Origin: Polaribacter sp.
Lineage (GTDB): Bacteria > Bacteroidota > Bacteroidia > Flavobacteriales > Flavobacteriaceae
DNA length: 39,547 nt
Direction of reading: 5' to 3'
Assembly: GCA_047622545.1 (NCBI GenBank)
Contig: JBLHOD010000001.1
Coordinates: 1-39,547 of the forward strand
The notes under the pieces were generated by a model. The model saw nothing but the letters and a program-made list of their open reading frames with translations, had not been told where the DNA came from and did not search any database. The position numbers and the translations under genes are program-made. How positions within the stretch are numbered: position 1 is the first letter of the stretch; every line of letters begins with the position of its first letter. Of the stretch, positions 9,397 to 16,580 are shown in pieces.

Positions 9397-9596
9397 GGAT
9401 AACAGCGGAAAAGAGCTTGAAGTAGTTGCTGAATTAATAACTAAACAAAATAAACAAAAACAAATGATTAAGATAGATTATAAAGAAAGAGCAGAAGATT
9501 TAGCTAATGACAACATTAAGTTAATGGACAAAAACTCTAGTCTAAACTCTGAAAATGAAAAACTTAAAATGCAATTACTACAAGCTAATGTTGTAG
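9397..9596. repeat. attC-like hairpin A (long loop containing an ATG)
   Basis: GGATAAC 9397-9403; arms AGCTTGAAGTAGTTGC / GCAATTACTACAAGCT; GTTGTAG 9590-9596. Confidence 0.7.
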
Positions 9597-9706
9597 GGCA
9601 AAGCGAACAGTTAAAAAAGTTTTGGGAATATTTCGATAAAGAAAGTATTGCTATTAACTGCAATGATAAAGAACGTGACCAAGTGATAAAAGACTTTTTT
9701 AATTGA
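9464..9706 (+). CDS. 80-aa protein starting inside hairpin A and ending at hairpin B
   Basis: ATG 9464 after an A-rich leader (ORF track starts at TTG 9395); crosses the core as ..ANVVGQSEQL..; TGA 9704-9706 abuts CTACAAC. Confidence 0.65.
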   Translation: MIKIDYKERAEDLANDNIKLMDKNSSLNSENEKLKMQLLQANVVGQSEQLKKFWEYFDKESIAINCNDKERDQVIKDFFN

Positions 9707-9842
9707 CTACAACGGTTCTCGGCTTTGTCGTCGTTGTGGCGATTTAAGACCAAACTTAACAAATAACAACTAATTTTTAAATTAAAAACTATGAATACAA
9801 ATAAAGACCAAGTGCCACAATGCGACAAAACCGCTGTTGGCA
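9707..9842. repeat. attC-like hairpin B
   Basis: CTACAAC 9707-9713; arms CTTTGTCGTCGTTGTGGC / GCCACAATGCGACAAAA; GTTGGCA 9836-9842. Confidence 0.8.
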
Positions 9843-9846
9843 GTAG

Positions 9847-10314
9847 TTATTTATCATCTATCAAAACGAATAAAGTTTTTGAAGAAAAAGCAATTATTAT
9901 TTCATATTTGAGATACCATGATCTAAATGTTCCATTCTCTTCATCTCTGTAAGCATTTAAGTCATTTTGGTCAAATTCTTTTTGATATACAAAATCTTCT
10001 CCCAAAACAGAATAAAATAAATTAATTAAATCTCTCACATCTTTTTCATCAGCATCATTTTTAGATAAAAAAATTGACCTTTTACCATTCGCTTTTTCGG
10101 ATAAACTTATATATTCAAAAGGCTTTTCACCTTCATTTAGGTTTAAATCGGAAACTTTAATAACATTCTTTAATTCATCATCAATAGTTACTTCACCAAC
10201 TTCCATTTCCTCATGATTATAATCATAGGGGTTAACATTAAGTTCTGTTAAAATACTATCTAATTTTGAAGAATTATTGTTATTATCACTTTTTAAAAAA
10301 TCAAAAAATCCCAT
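9847..10314 (-). CDS. Cassette gene: acidic hypothetical protein
   Basis: 155-aa ORF with MGFFDFLK start; stop 11 bp from the GTT core. Confidence 0.8.
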   Translation of the reverse strand: MGFFDFLKSDNNNNSSKLDSILTELNVNPYDYNHEEMEVGEVTIDDELKNVIKVSDLNLNEGEKPFEYISLSEKANGKRSIFLSKNDADEKDVRDLINLFYSVLGEDFVYQKEFDQNDLNAYRDEENGTFRSWYLKYEIIIAFSSKTLFVLIDDK

Positions 10315-10363
10315 ATTATATTTTATTATTTAGTTTGTTTTAGACGATTTTCTTTATAATTAC

Positions 10364-10492
10364 TGCTTACGTTGTTGTGTAAGGAAAGTTGCGTGTTTGC
10401 GAGGATTTTCCGAAGGAAAATCAGAAGCTAGCAAACACGCAACTAACTTAGGTTTAGCTAAAACTAGCAATTTTTTTTACACGGTGTTGGCT
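10364..10492. repeat. attC-like hairpin C with nested internal hairpins
   Basis: TGCTTAC (variant core); arms GTGTAAGGAAAGTTGC / GCAATTTTTTTTACAC; GTTGGCT 10486-10492. Confidence 0.78.
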
Positions 10493-10499
10493 GTAGTTT

Positions 10500-10940
10500 T
10501 TATAATTTAAATTTTGGTTTACTTTCAATTCTTTTGATTATTTCTTTAGTTTCTTTTTTTGAATTATACCAAGCTATCCCAAAACAAATAGCCAAAATGA
10601 GAGTAGTTATTGTAAATATTCCATTAAAGAAAAGGTTCCAAGAAGAATTAAACCCTTGAATACTACTCCCTTCAGCTATTGTATTCAGTAATAAAGGCAA
10701 GAAAAGAGCAACAGTGGCAATTGTAAGTTCTTTCCATAAATTATCACTTCCTCTTTTTATTGTATTAAATTCATGTTCATTTAGTGAATAAAAAGTTGAA
10801 TGTCCATCAAAATGCATTTCAGAAGTGGCTTTGGCTTTATTAATTTCTTCAATAGGTAAAGCTTGCGAGTTTTCTTCTTGCCCTTCCGATATTTGACTAT
10901 TTATATCGCTAGGGTTATTAGATTTCGTTTCCATCTGCAT
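10500..10940 (-). CDS. Cassette gene: two-TM membrane protein
   Basis: Two hydrophobic helices; overlaps the upstream gene. Confidence 0.8.
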   Translation of the reverse strand: MQMETKSNNPSDINSQISEGQEENSQALPIEEINKAKATSEMHFDGHSTFYSLNEHEFNTIKRGSDNLWKELTIATVALFLPLLLNTIAEGSSIQGFNSSWNLFFNGIFTITTLILAICFGIAWYNSKKETKEIIKRIESKPKFKL

Positions 10941-11295
10941 CTACTTTTTTACCTAATAACCATGTATATTCAAAAATTACACCTTTATCATTATTAATAC
11001 CAAACACTCTGTAATTAAAAAAAAGGTTTCTACCTTCCAACCATCCAACTCTAATTGGATTTACATTTCCTGTTCCTAACGAATTATTAAAATTCACGAA
11101 ATTTAGACCAATACCGACTTTCTCAAGTTTGTAAGGTTCTAACCTTGTCTCTTTATTTTCTATATCAGCTGTAAATTTAAATTCAGCTAAAAATTGAAAT
11201 TTTGAACCAAGAGAAATTTCAATATTTTCTTTATTTGGGTTTATTAAAGAACCTTTCTCATAAACATCAAGTTCTCCTATTTTAGTTTTTATCAT
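10918..11295 (-). CDS. Cassette gene: small beta-rich protein (DUF6864-like)
   Basis: Alternating beta pattern with NFNNSLGTG..P..VG motif; family call from memory. Confidence 0.6.
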   Translation of the reverse strand: MIKTKIGELDVYEKGSLINPNKENIEISLGSKFQFLAEFKFTADIENKETRLEPYKLEKVGIGLNFVNFNNSLGTGNVNPIRVGWLEGRNLFFNYRVFGINNDKGVIFEYTWLLGKKVDADGNEI

Positions 11296-11336
11296 TGTCT
11301 TGAATTACTTTTATTTTCTCGTGTTGTTTAAATTAC

Positions 11337-11461
11337 AGCCAACGTTATGCCACTTAGTAAGGTTGTGGACTTTTGAAAACGAGTACTTTCGGCTGGAAGT
11401 AAACGTTATTAAAAAAAGGCAATTCCACTACACCCAAAATCTCGATAAATGGCGGTTATGC
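11337..11461. repeat. attC-like hairpin D
   Basis: AGCCAAC 11337-11343; imperfect arms CCACTTAGTAAGGTTGTGG / CCAAAATCTCGATAAATGG; GTTATGC 11455-11461 contains the stop codon of the DUF4435-like gene. Confidence 0.7.
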
Positions 11462-12421
11462 GAAGTTTTCTTGGGGCAAAGATTTTAAATATTTTATTAA
11501 ACTTTCACAAGTTATTGCATTATTAGTAAGTTGAGAAATTGATGTGGAATATTCAAAACGCAATGGAGAAGAATATTTTTTAGGAAAAACGGAATTTTTT
11601 CTTTTGCCAATTTCATCTTGAAATCTATTTAGAAATGAAATTAAAAACTTTAATTCAAATTTACCTCTAAATGTTTTAGACTTATTAACAGATTTGAATA
11701 TTTCCAGTTTTTTATCAAAATTTAAGTCTGTTATTTTGGGTGATTCTGAAAATAAAGTTTCGATATTTTCTTTACTTTTAAGTTCTTCAGGAAATAAAAT
11801 TGTTATTAAATCATTCTTAACAATCTTTTCAAAAATATCACAATTAAAATATCTCTTTAATGTGTCATCAATGTTTAACCTTGTATTCGAATTATTTAGT
11901 TTACGAAAATCATTTTGGCAACTTAACCAAGCATTAAAAAATATTATATTTGAATGGAAAACCTCTTTACAATTAACATACAGATCAATGGCTTGATTGA
12001 AAACAGGACAACTTTTAGGAATATTAAATTCATTTATTAAAATATTTTCAAAAGCTTCATCAATAGTGTAAAAATTTTCTATACTATAAAATGGGGTGAC
12101 ATAAATTTTACCATCTAAATTATTTTCTTCAAAGTCTTTATCTACAAAATACATAGTTGAGGAGTTCGCATATATTACATGATTATTCATTAATTGATGT
12201 AATTTTATTAAATTTCCTTTCCCATTGCAATTATAGTTGAATATCTCATGTTGATGGTTGTAAGATTTAATCCTAAATGAATAATATGATCTATCTTCTT
12301 TACCTTCGTAAAAACAATAGAGATTCTTTTTGTTTTTATTAAAATCTAAGACAAATTCAGTGTAAGCAACTAATTCTGATTCAAGTTCCTTTTTTGCAAT
12401 TTCAATTATATTACTTTCCAT
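11456..12421 (-). CDS. DUF4435-like TOPRIM nuclease (PARIS AriB-like)
   Basis: TOPRIM motifs FYEGKED, GKGNL, FVDKDF, YSIENF, RGKF; 2 bp downstream of an ABC ATPase. Confidence 0.8.
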   Translation of the reverse strand: MESNIIEIAKKELESELVAYTEFVLDFNKNKKNLYCFYEGKEDRSYYSFRIKSYNHQHEIFNYNCNGKGNLIKLHQLMNNHVIYANSSTMYFVDKDFEENNLDGKIYVTPFYSIENFYTIDEAFENILINEFNIPKSCPVFNQAIDLYVNCKEVFHSNIIFFNAWLSCQNDFRKLNNSNTRLNIDDTLKRYFNCDIFEKIVKNDLITILFPEELKSKENIETLFSESPKITDLNFDKKLEIFKSVNKSKTFRGKFELKFLISFLNRFQDEIGKRKNSVFPKKYSSPLRFEYSTSISQLTNNAITCESLIKYLKSLPQENFA

Positions 12422-12423
12422 TT

Positions 12424-13815
12424 TTAATCTATAAATACATTCATACCTATTGCAAAATTTTCTAATTCATTACTAAAAATAAATGGTGAATGAGTTACTG
12501 CTAATAAAAATTTACATTTATCTGATTCCATAACATGAGGCAGTAATTGCTTTTGCCACTTTATTGAAAGTGAAAGTTCAGGTTCATCGAAAAAAATCAT
12601 TAAATCACTAAGGTCTTCAAGATATATTTTAGAAAAGAGTGAAATTATTTGTTTTTCTCCTGATGATAACTGATTAAGTTCAACCTTTTCCTCAGTTTGG
12701 CTATTGTATATATTTAAGGTTACTGAACTTTCATCAAAAAACATTTTTTTACCGACTAAATATTGATTGGTGACTTTTTCAAAATCTTTAATAGAATTAT
12801 CCAATTCTCTTTGACGTAAATAAATATCTTCAAGTTTTGTTAAAAAATATGCAAGTTCAGGTTTAGTTAATAATTCTTTTGAGTCCAAAAGCATTAAAAT
12901 ATTTTCCCTATCAGCTTGCGATAAATTGTTTTTAACACGATTTAAAATAATTTCAATATTATTTCTATTTATATTTAAAATTTCATCTTTAGACAATTTT
13001 GGAAAACCCTCTTGTAATTGGTGTAACATTTCACCAGTTACTTTTGCAAAACCTTTAATTGAACTGTCGTTAATTTTAGAAATAATTTTTCTAATTCTTT
13101 CTTCAACATCCTCCATTCCAAATTGAATTAATGTTTCATCTTCTAGATCTTCTGTTTCTTCTCTTTCATCTTCATCGTCCCACAGCATATTATTCATTTC
13201 GTCATTATGTATTCTTCGTAATTTACCTAAATTATGTAATTCCTCTTCAACTCTTCTGTATGTTGGGAAGTAAATAATATTAGTATTGAATTCTATTTCT
13301 AGAAAACTCACTAATTTTTCTAAACTAGTAAAATCTGGTTGCTTAGAAATTAGGTCTATTAATTCAACTATTAATCCAATAGGAGGATTATTTAATTCTA
13401 CAGCTAACTTATTTTTTCGAACATATTCGTAAATTATTCTATGCTTATCTATATTTTCTTCACTTCTATTTGAAATAAATGAATTTAAGTCTTCGATATT
13501 TAAAATTTTGGTGATTTCAGATTTTAAATTTTTATATCTTAAATTTCTTTTATTATTTAAACTTTCTAAATAACTGTTAAGTTGTAATTTCGTAAAACTA
13601 AATTGGTTATTATCAATAGTTAAGGAAATACTATCAAAGTTTATTTTTAGTAATTTTTTCCACTTTTTGGTAAGAGTAAAGTATAATGAATTAAGTATAG
13701 ATGTTTTACCTAAACCGTTTTCACCCATTAAGATTAATACATTATTATCAAAATGTAAATCAACGTTTTGATATCCAAATAGTTTTTTTATTTTAAAATT
13801 TTGTAAGTTATTCAT
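12424..13815 (-). CDS. AAA_15/AAA_21 ABC-type ATPase (PARIS AriA-like)
   Basis: Walker A GENGLGKT, YFPTYR, signature LSSGEKQ, Walker B FFDEPELSL, H-loop VTHSPF. Confidence 0.9.
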   Translation of the reverse strand: MNNLQNFKIKKLFGYQNVDLHFDNNVLILMGENGLGKTSILNSLYFTLTKKWKKLLKINFDSISLTIDNNQFSFTKLQLNSYLESLNNKRNLRYKNLKSEITKILNIEDLNSFISNRSEENIDKHRIIYEYVRKNKLAVELNNPPIGLIVELIDLISKQPDFTSLEKLVSFLEIEFNTNIIYFPTYRRVEEELHNLGKLRRIHNDEMNNMLWDDEDEREETEDLEDETLIQFGMEDVEERIRKIISKINDSSIKGFAKVTGEMLHQLQEGFPKLSKDEILNINRNNIEIILNRVKNNLSQADRENILMLLDSKELLTKPELAYFLTKLEDIYLRQRELDNSIKDFEKVTNQYLVGKKMFFDESSVTLNIYNSQTEEKVELNQLSSGEKQIISLFSKIYLEDLSDLMIFFDEPELSLSIKWQKQLLPHVMESDKCKFLLAVTHSPFIFSNELENFAIGMNVFID

Positions 13816-13870
13816 TTTTGTTTTTCTAAATTTTGTTTAATAAATATGAGTTCTTATGAGTAAAAATGTA

Positions 13871-14115
13871 GCATAACGTCAGTATGTAAAAAATTAAAAT
13901 CAAACTCTTGAGAATCCCATATTTGAGATTGTTCTTTGGAGTTCTTTGAATACTTTCTAGATTTGAAGAGATTTTTTCACAGCCTGACGTTTTTCAGCTT
14001 GCGAAAGTTGCGTTTTACAGCACCAAGCCTTTACAAATATACACTAACTTTTAAATTTAAAAATATATTTATAGACACTTCCTAAACTAGCCACTTTTAC
14101 AAACAGCTGTTGTGT
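13871..14115. repeat. attC-like hairpin E with two alternative left cores
   Basis: GCATAAC 13871-13877 and GCCTGAC 13982-13988; arm GCTTGCGAAAGTTGC vs GCCACTTTTACAAAC; GTTGTGT 14109-14115. Confidence 0.65.
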
Positions 14116-14124
14116 GTTCGGTTT

Positions 14125-14493
14125 TTATTCTTTTTCTGATAGTTTTATATTAATATAACATAAAAAAGCTCCAATTATTCTCAAAACAGAGTTCCAAATA
14201 CCAACATTTTCTCTGTTAGTTGAGAACAAGTAATAATCACCAACAATAACGATTAATACCCAAATAATTAAAAATATATTCAATGTTTGGATTTTAAATT
14301 TTGGTGCAATAAGATAGACAGGAACAATAAAAAACAATCCTTGTAGTAAAAATAAAGAACCGTTCAATAAAAAAGAATTTGCAAATGTATTACTAGACAA
14401 AAAAAGTTGCACAAGTTGTTGATATAAATATGGAAATATTATTGAGCATATTATTGATACTGGTAAAACTAAAATCCAACGAAGTATATTCAT
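14125..14493 (-). CDS. Cassette gene: four-TM membrane protein
   Basis: Four hydrophobic segments; stop 16 bp from the GTT core. Confidence 0.8.
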   Translation of the reverse strand: MNILRWILVLPVSIICSIIFPYLYQQLVQLFLSSNTFANSFLLNGSLFLLQGLFFIVPVYLIAPKFKIQTLNIFLIIWVLIVIVGDYYLFSTNRENVGIWNSVLRIIGAFLCYINIKLSEKE

Positions 14494-14643
14494 AAAAGTG
14501 GTTTAATATCGAATACAATATTAAAATAAAAAAAGTTAAGAATTTTACGGTTTCCCGTAAAGCATTTAAAAATTAATTATGAGGTTTAATATTCCTCCTT
14601 AAAAATTATGTCTATAAATAAAAAACAAAATTTTAATTCATAG

Positions 14644-14699
14644 TGGTTTTTCAGAAGGAAAAACCAAGCCTAAACTGTTTTTGCTAACCGTTGTTGGCA
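14644..14699. repeat. Degenerate attC-like site F (right half only recognisable)
   Basis: Internal hairpin TGGTTTTTC-AGAAG-GAAAAACCA similar to that in site C; GTTGGCA 14693-14699. Confidence 0.5.
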
Positions 14700-14716
14700 T
14701 AAGATTATTATTTTAT

Positions 14717-15292
14717 TTAATTATTGCTATTTATTTCATATATAGAATTAAAATCATTTATGAAATTATTTTTTTCGAAATATAAATATTTGTTTTCCAG
14801 TTTGTTATATTCTAATTTATTATCTATGTCTTTTAAAAAACCATTAAGGTATTTAGTTGTTAAATTTGTTTTATAATATTTAGTATCAACAGCTATTATG
14901 TTCTTTTCTAAATTATAATCAAAATTCATACCTTCAGAATCATAATACTCTGCTAAAATGAATAATGAATATCCATTTTTTAAACAATAGGATTGAATAA
15001 TTTCGAGTGGATAACAAACTTTACTTTTACATTTTGAACCCCAAATATATACAATTGATTTTTCGTTTTTGAGTAAACATTTTTTTAAAGTTAAACCATC
15101 TGTTATAAAAATAAAATTTTCAATTTTTGAATATTTACCACAGATTGTATCAGTATTTTTTGTTTTGATAAATAAGTTTGGACTTTCTTTCTTTGTCTTG
15201 TTATAATAACTATAAAGGCCTTGAAAACCTCCATTAAATGAACAAGAAGTAATAATTAAACAAATAACAGTAAGATAAAATATTTTTTTCAT
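14717..15292 (-). CDS. Cassette gene: lipoprotein, possibly thioredoxin-like fold
   Basis: Lipobox-like IITSC; IVYIWGSKCKSKVC resembles a W..C..C redoxin motif. Confidence 0.7.
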   Translation of the reverse strand: MKKIFYLTVICLIITSCSFNGGFQGLYSYYNKTKKESPNLFIKTKNTDTICGKYSKIENFIFITDGLTLKKCLLKNEKSIVYIWGSKCKSKVCYPLEIIQSYCLKNGYSLFILAEYYDSEGMNFDYNLEKNIIAVDTKYYKTNLTTKYLNGFLKDIDNKLEYNKLENKYLYFEKNNFINDFNSIYEINSNN

Positions 15293-15305
15293 ATTAATTT
15301 AGTTT

Positions 15306-15340
15306 AAAACAAGGTTGAAGTAAATAATTCAACCTTGTTT
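15306..15340. terminator. Strong hairpin between the two lipoprotein genes
   Basis: AAAACAAGGTTGAA ... TTCAACCTTGTTTT inverted repeat. Confidence 0.65.
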
Positions 15341-15350
15341 TGTTGTTTTT

Positions 15351-15872
15351 TTAATTTTCTAAAGCATTAATAATGTAACCACCAAAGTTACCTACACTTG
15401 AGTCAAATTGATATTCACCTTTAAGTAAAGTTGTCTTAACACTACTTATGTTATTATCAATATATAATGTTTGACGATTATTAATTGCATTTAAATGTTC
15501 GCTTTTTGTAGGGTCTAATTTAATTGTTAAATATCCAGTTTTTGTTTCATCATATATAATGATTTCACCACCGTTTACAACTCTATTTTGATCATAACAG
15601 TCAACAACCACGCCATGTTCAGTACAGCAAAACCAGCAATCAACATAATTACATAATCCAAAGCCACTACAGCTTTTACTTGTTCTACCCCAGCTATCCC
15701 AATCTGCATAATGAAAATGAAATTCTTTTTCCTTTTTTAGATAATTTTCATTAATATTATTTTCAGTTGAATCTACTGAATTAATTATGGTTTCTTCATT
15801 TTCAGAACATGATGTAAATATTAAAAAAATGATAAAACACATTAAACTTATTGTTGAAAATATTTTTTTCAT
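15351..15872 (-). CDS. Cassette gene: Cys-rich lipoprotein
   Basis: Lipobox-like IFTSC; WGRTSKSCSGFGLC..CWFCC. Confidence 0.75.
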   Translation of the reverse strand: MKKIFSTISLMCFIIFLIFTSCSENEETIINSVDSTENNINENYLKKEKEFHFHYADWDSWGRTSKSCSGFGLCNYVDCWFCCTEHGVVVDCYDQNRVVNGGEIIIYDETKTGYLTIKLDPTKSEHLNAINNRQTLYIDNNISSVKTTLLKGEYQFDSSVGNFGGYIINALEN

Positions 15873-16069
15873 AATTGATATTTTACCCTATTATTAATTC
15901 GGTCTACCGAAAGGACGACAACTTTAGGCACAATTTTGTTTTAAGTTAATTTGTACCGCCCTGTTGGTTTACTAACTTTTACTTATTACTAACTTTTCGT
16001 TTTTCCTTGAATGAATTCTATTGTATCTTCAAGCGATTCGTCCTTTTAGCAATGTTTTTCAAAATTTTC

Positions 16070-16200
16070 TGCCAACGATTAGTATATGAAAAGTAGATAA
16101 TTCCGAAGCACAAAACTTTCGGTTAAGTACAAACTTTGATACGAGCTAAAAGTATTTAATTCATTACTAATTCGCCTATTTTTTATATACACTGTTGTAG
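16070..16200. repeat. attC-like hairpin G
   Basis: TGCCAAC 16070-16076; arms GTATATGAAAAGTAG / CTATTTTTTATATAC; GTTGTAG 16194-16200. Confidence 0.8.
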
Positions 16201-16267
16201 CACGTTTTGTATTACAATCCGTAATACAAATTTTATTTTTTCAAAGCAAACTTTAATTTCGAAAATA

Positions 16268-16525
16268 TTAGAAATTAAGGCCTAATTCTTTTAATTTAAT
16301 TTTTATTTCTTCTGTTTGATTTTTTATTTTAAACATCTCGTTTCTGTCAGTAGAAGTATCAATATAAACAAAAGCGTCAGAATCATTTATTAATTCTATT
16401 ATTGTATAAAGTTGCGAATATACAAACCCATAACAATCTTTAAAATATTGCTTGTTTTCAATTTCGTTTAGTTGATATTCTTTTTCTCCGTCAAAGAATA
16501 TTATATTTAATATTGGTTCTGTCAT
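16268..16525 (-). CDS. Cassette gene: small acidic hypothetical protein
   Basis: 85-aa ORF between site G and half-site H. Confidence 0.7.
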   Translation of the reverse strand: MTEPILNIIFFDGEKEYQLNEIENKQYFKDCYGFVYSQLYTIIELINDSDAFVYIDTSTDRNEMFKIKNQTEEIKIKLKELGLNF

Positions 16526-16539
16526 TTTTTTTTAAAATT

Positions 16540-16580
16540 CCTATTTCGCCATACCAAACCGTAGTTGTGTGTTCGGCTTT
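16540..16580. repeat. Half attC-like site H
   Basis: GTTGTGTGTTCGG at 16564-16576 is identical to 14109-14121; no left arm seen. Confidence 0.5.

Noticed and set aside
1979-9828. Antisense ORFs in prophage A and the array start (1979, 3426, 4000, 4828, 6136, 6477, 6712, 8855, 9478)
   Set aside because: Shadows of well-supported genes on the opposite strand, with no motifs.
11300-11488. + strand ORF through hairpin D as a third loop-start gene
   Set aside because: The TTG start lies outside the hairpin and the GTT core is not in frame (155 nt offset).
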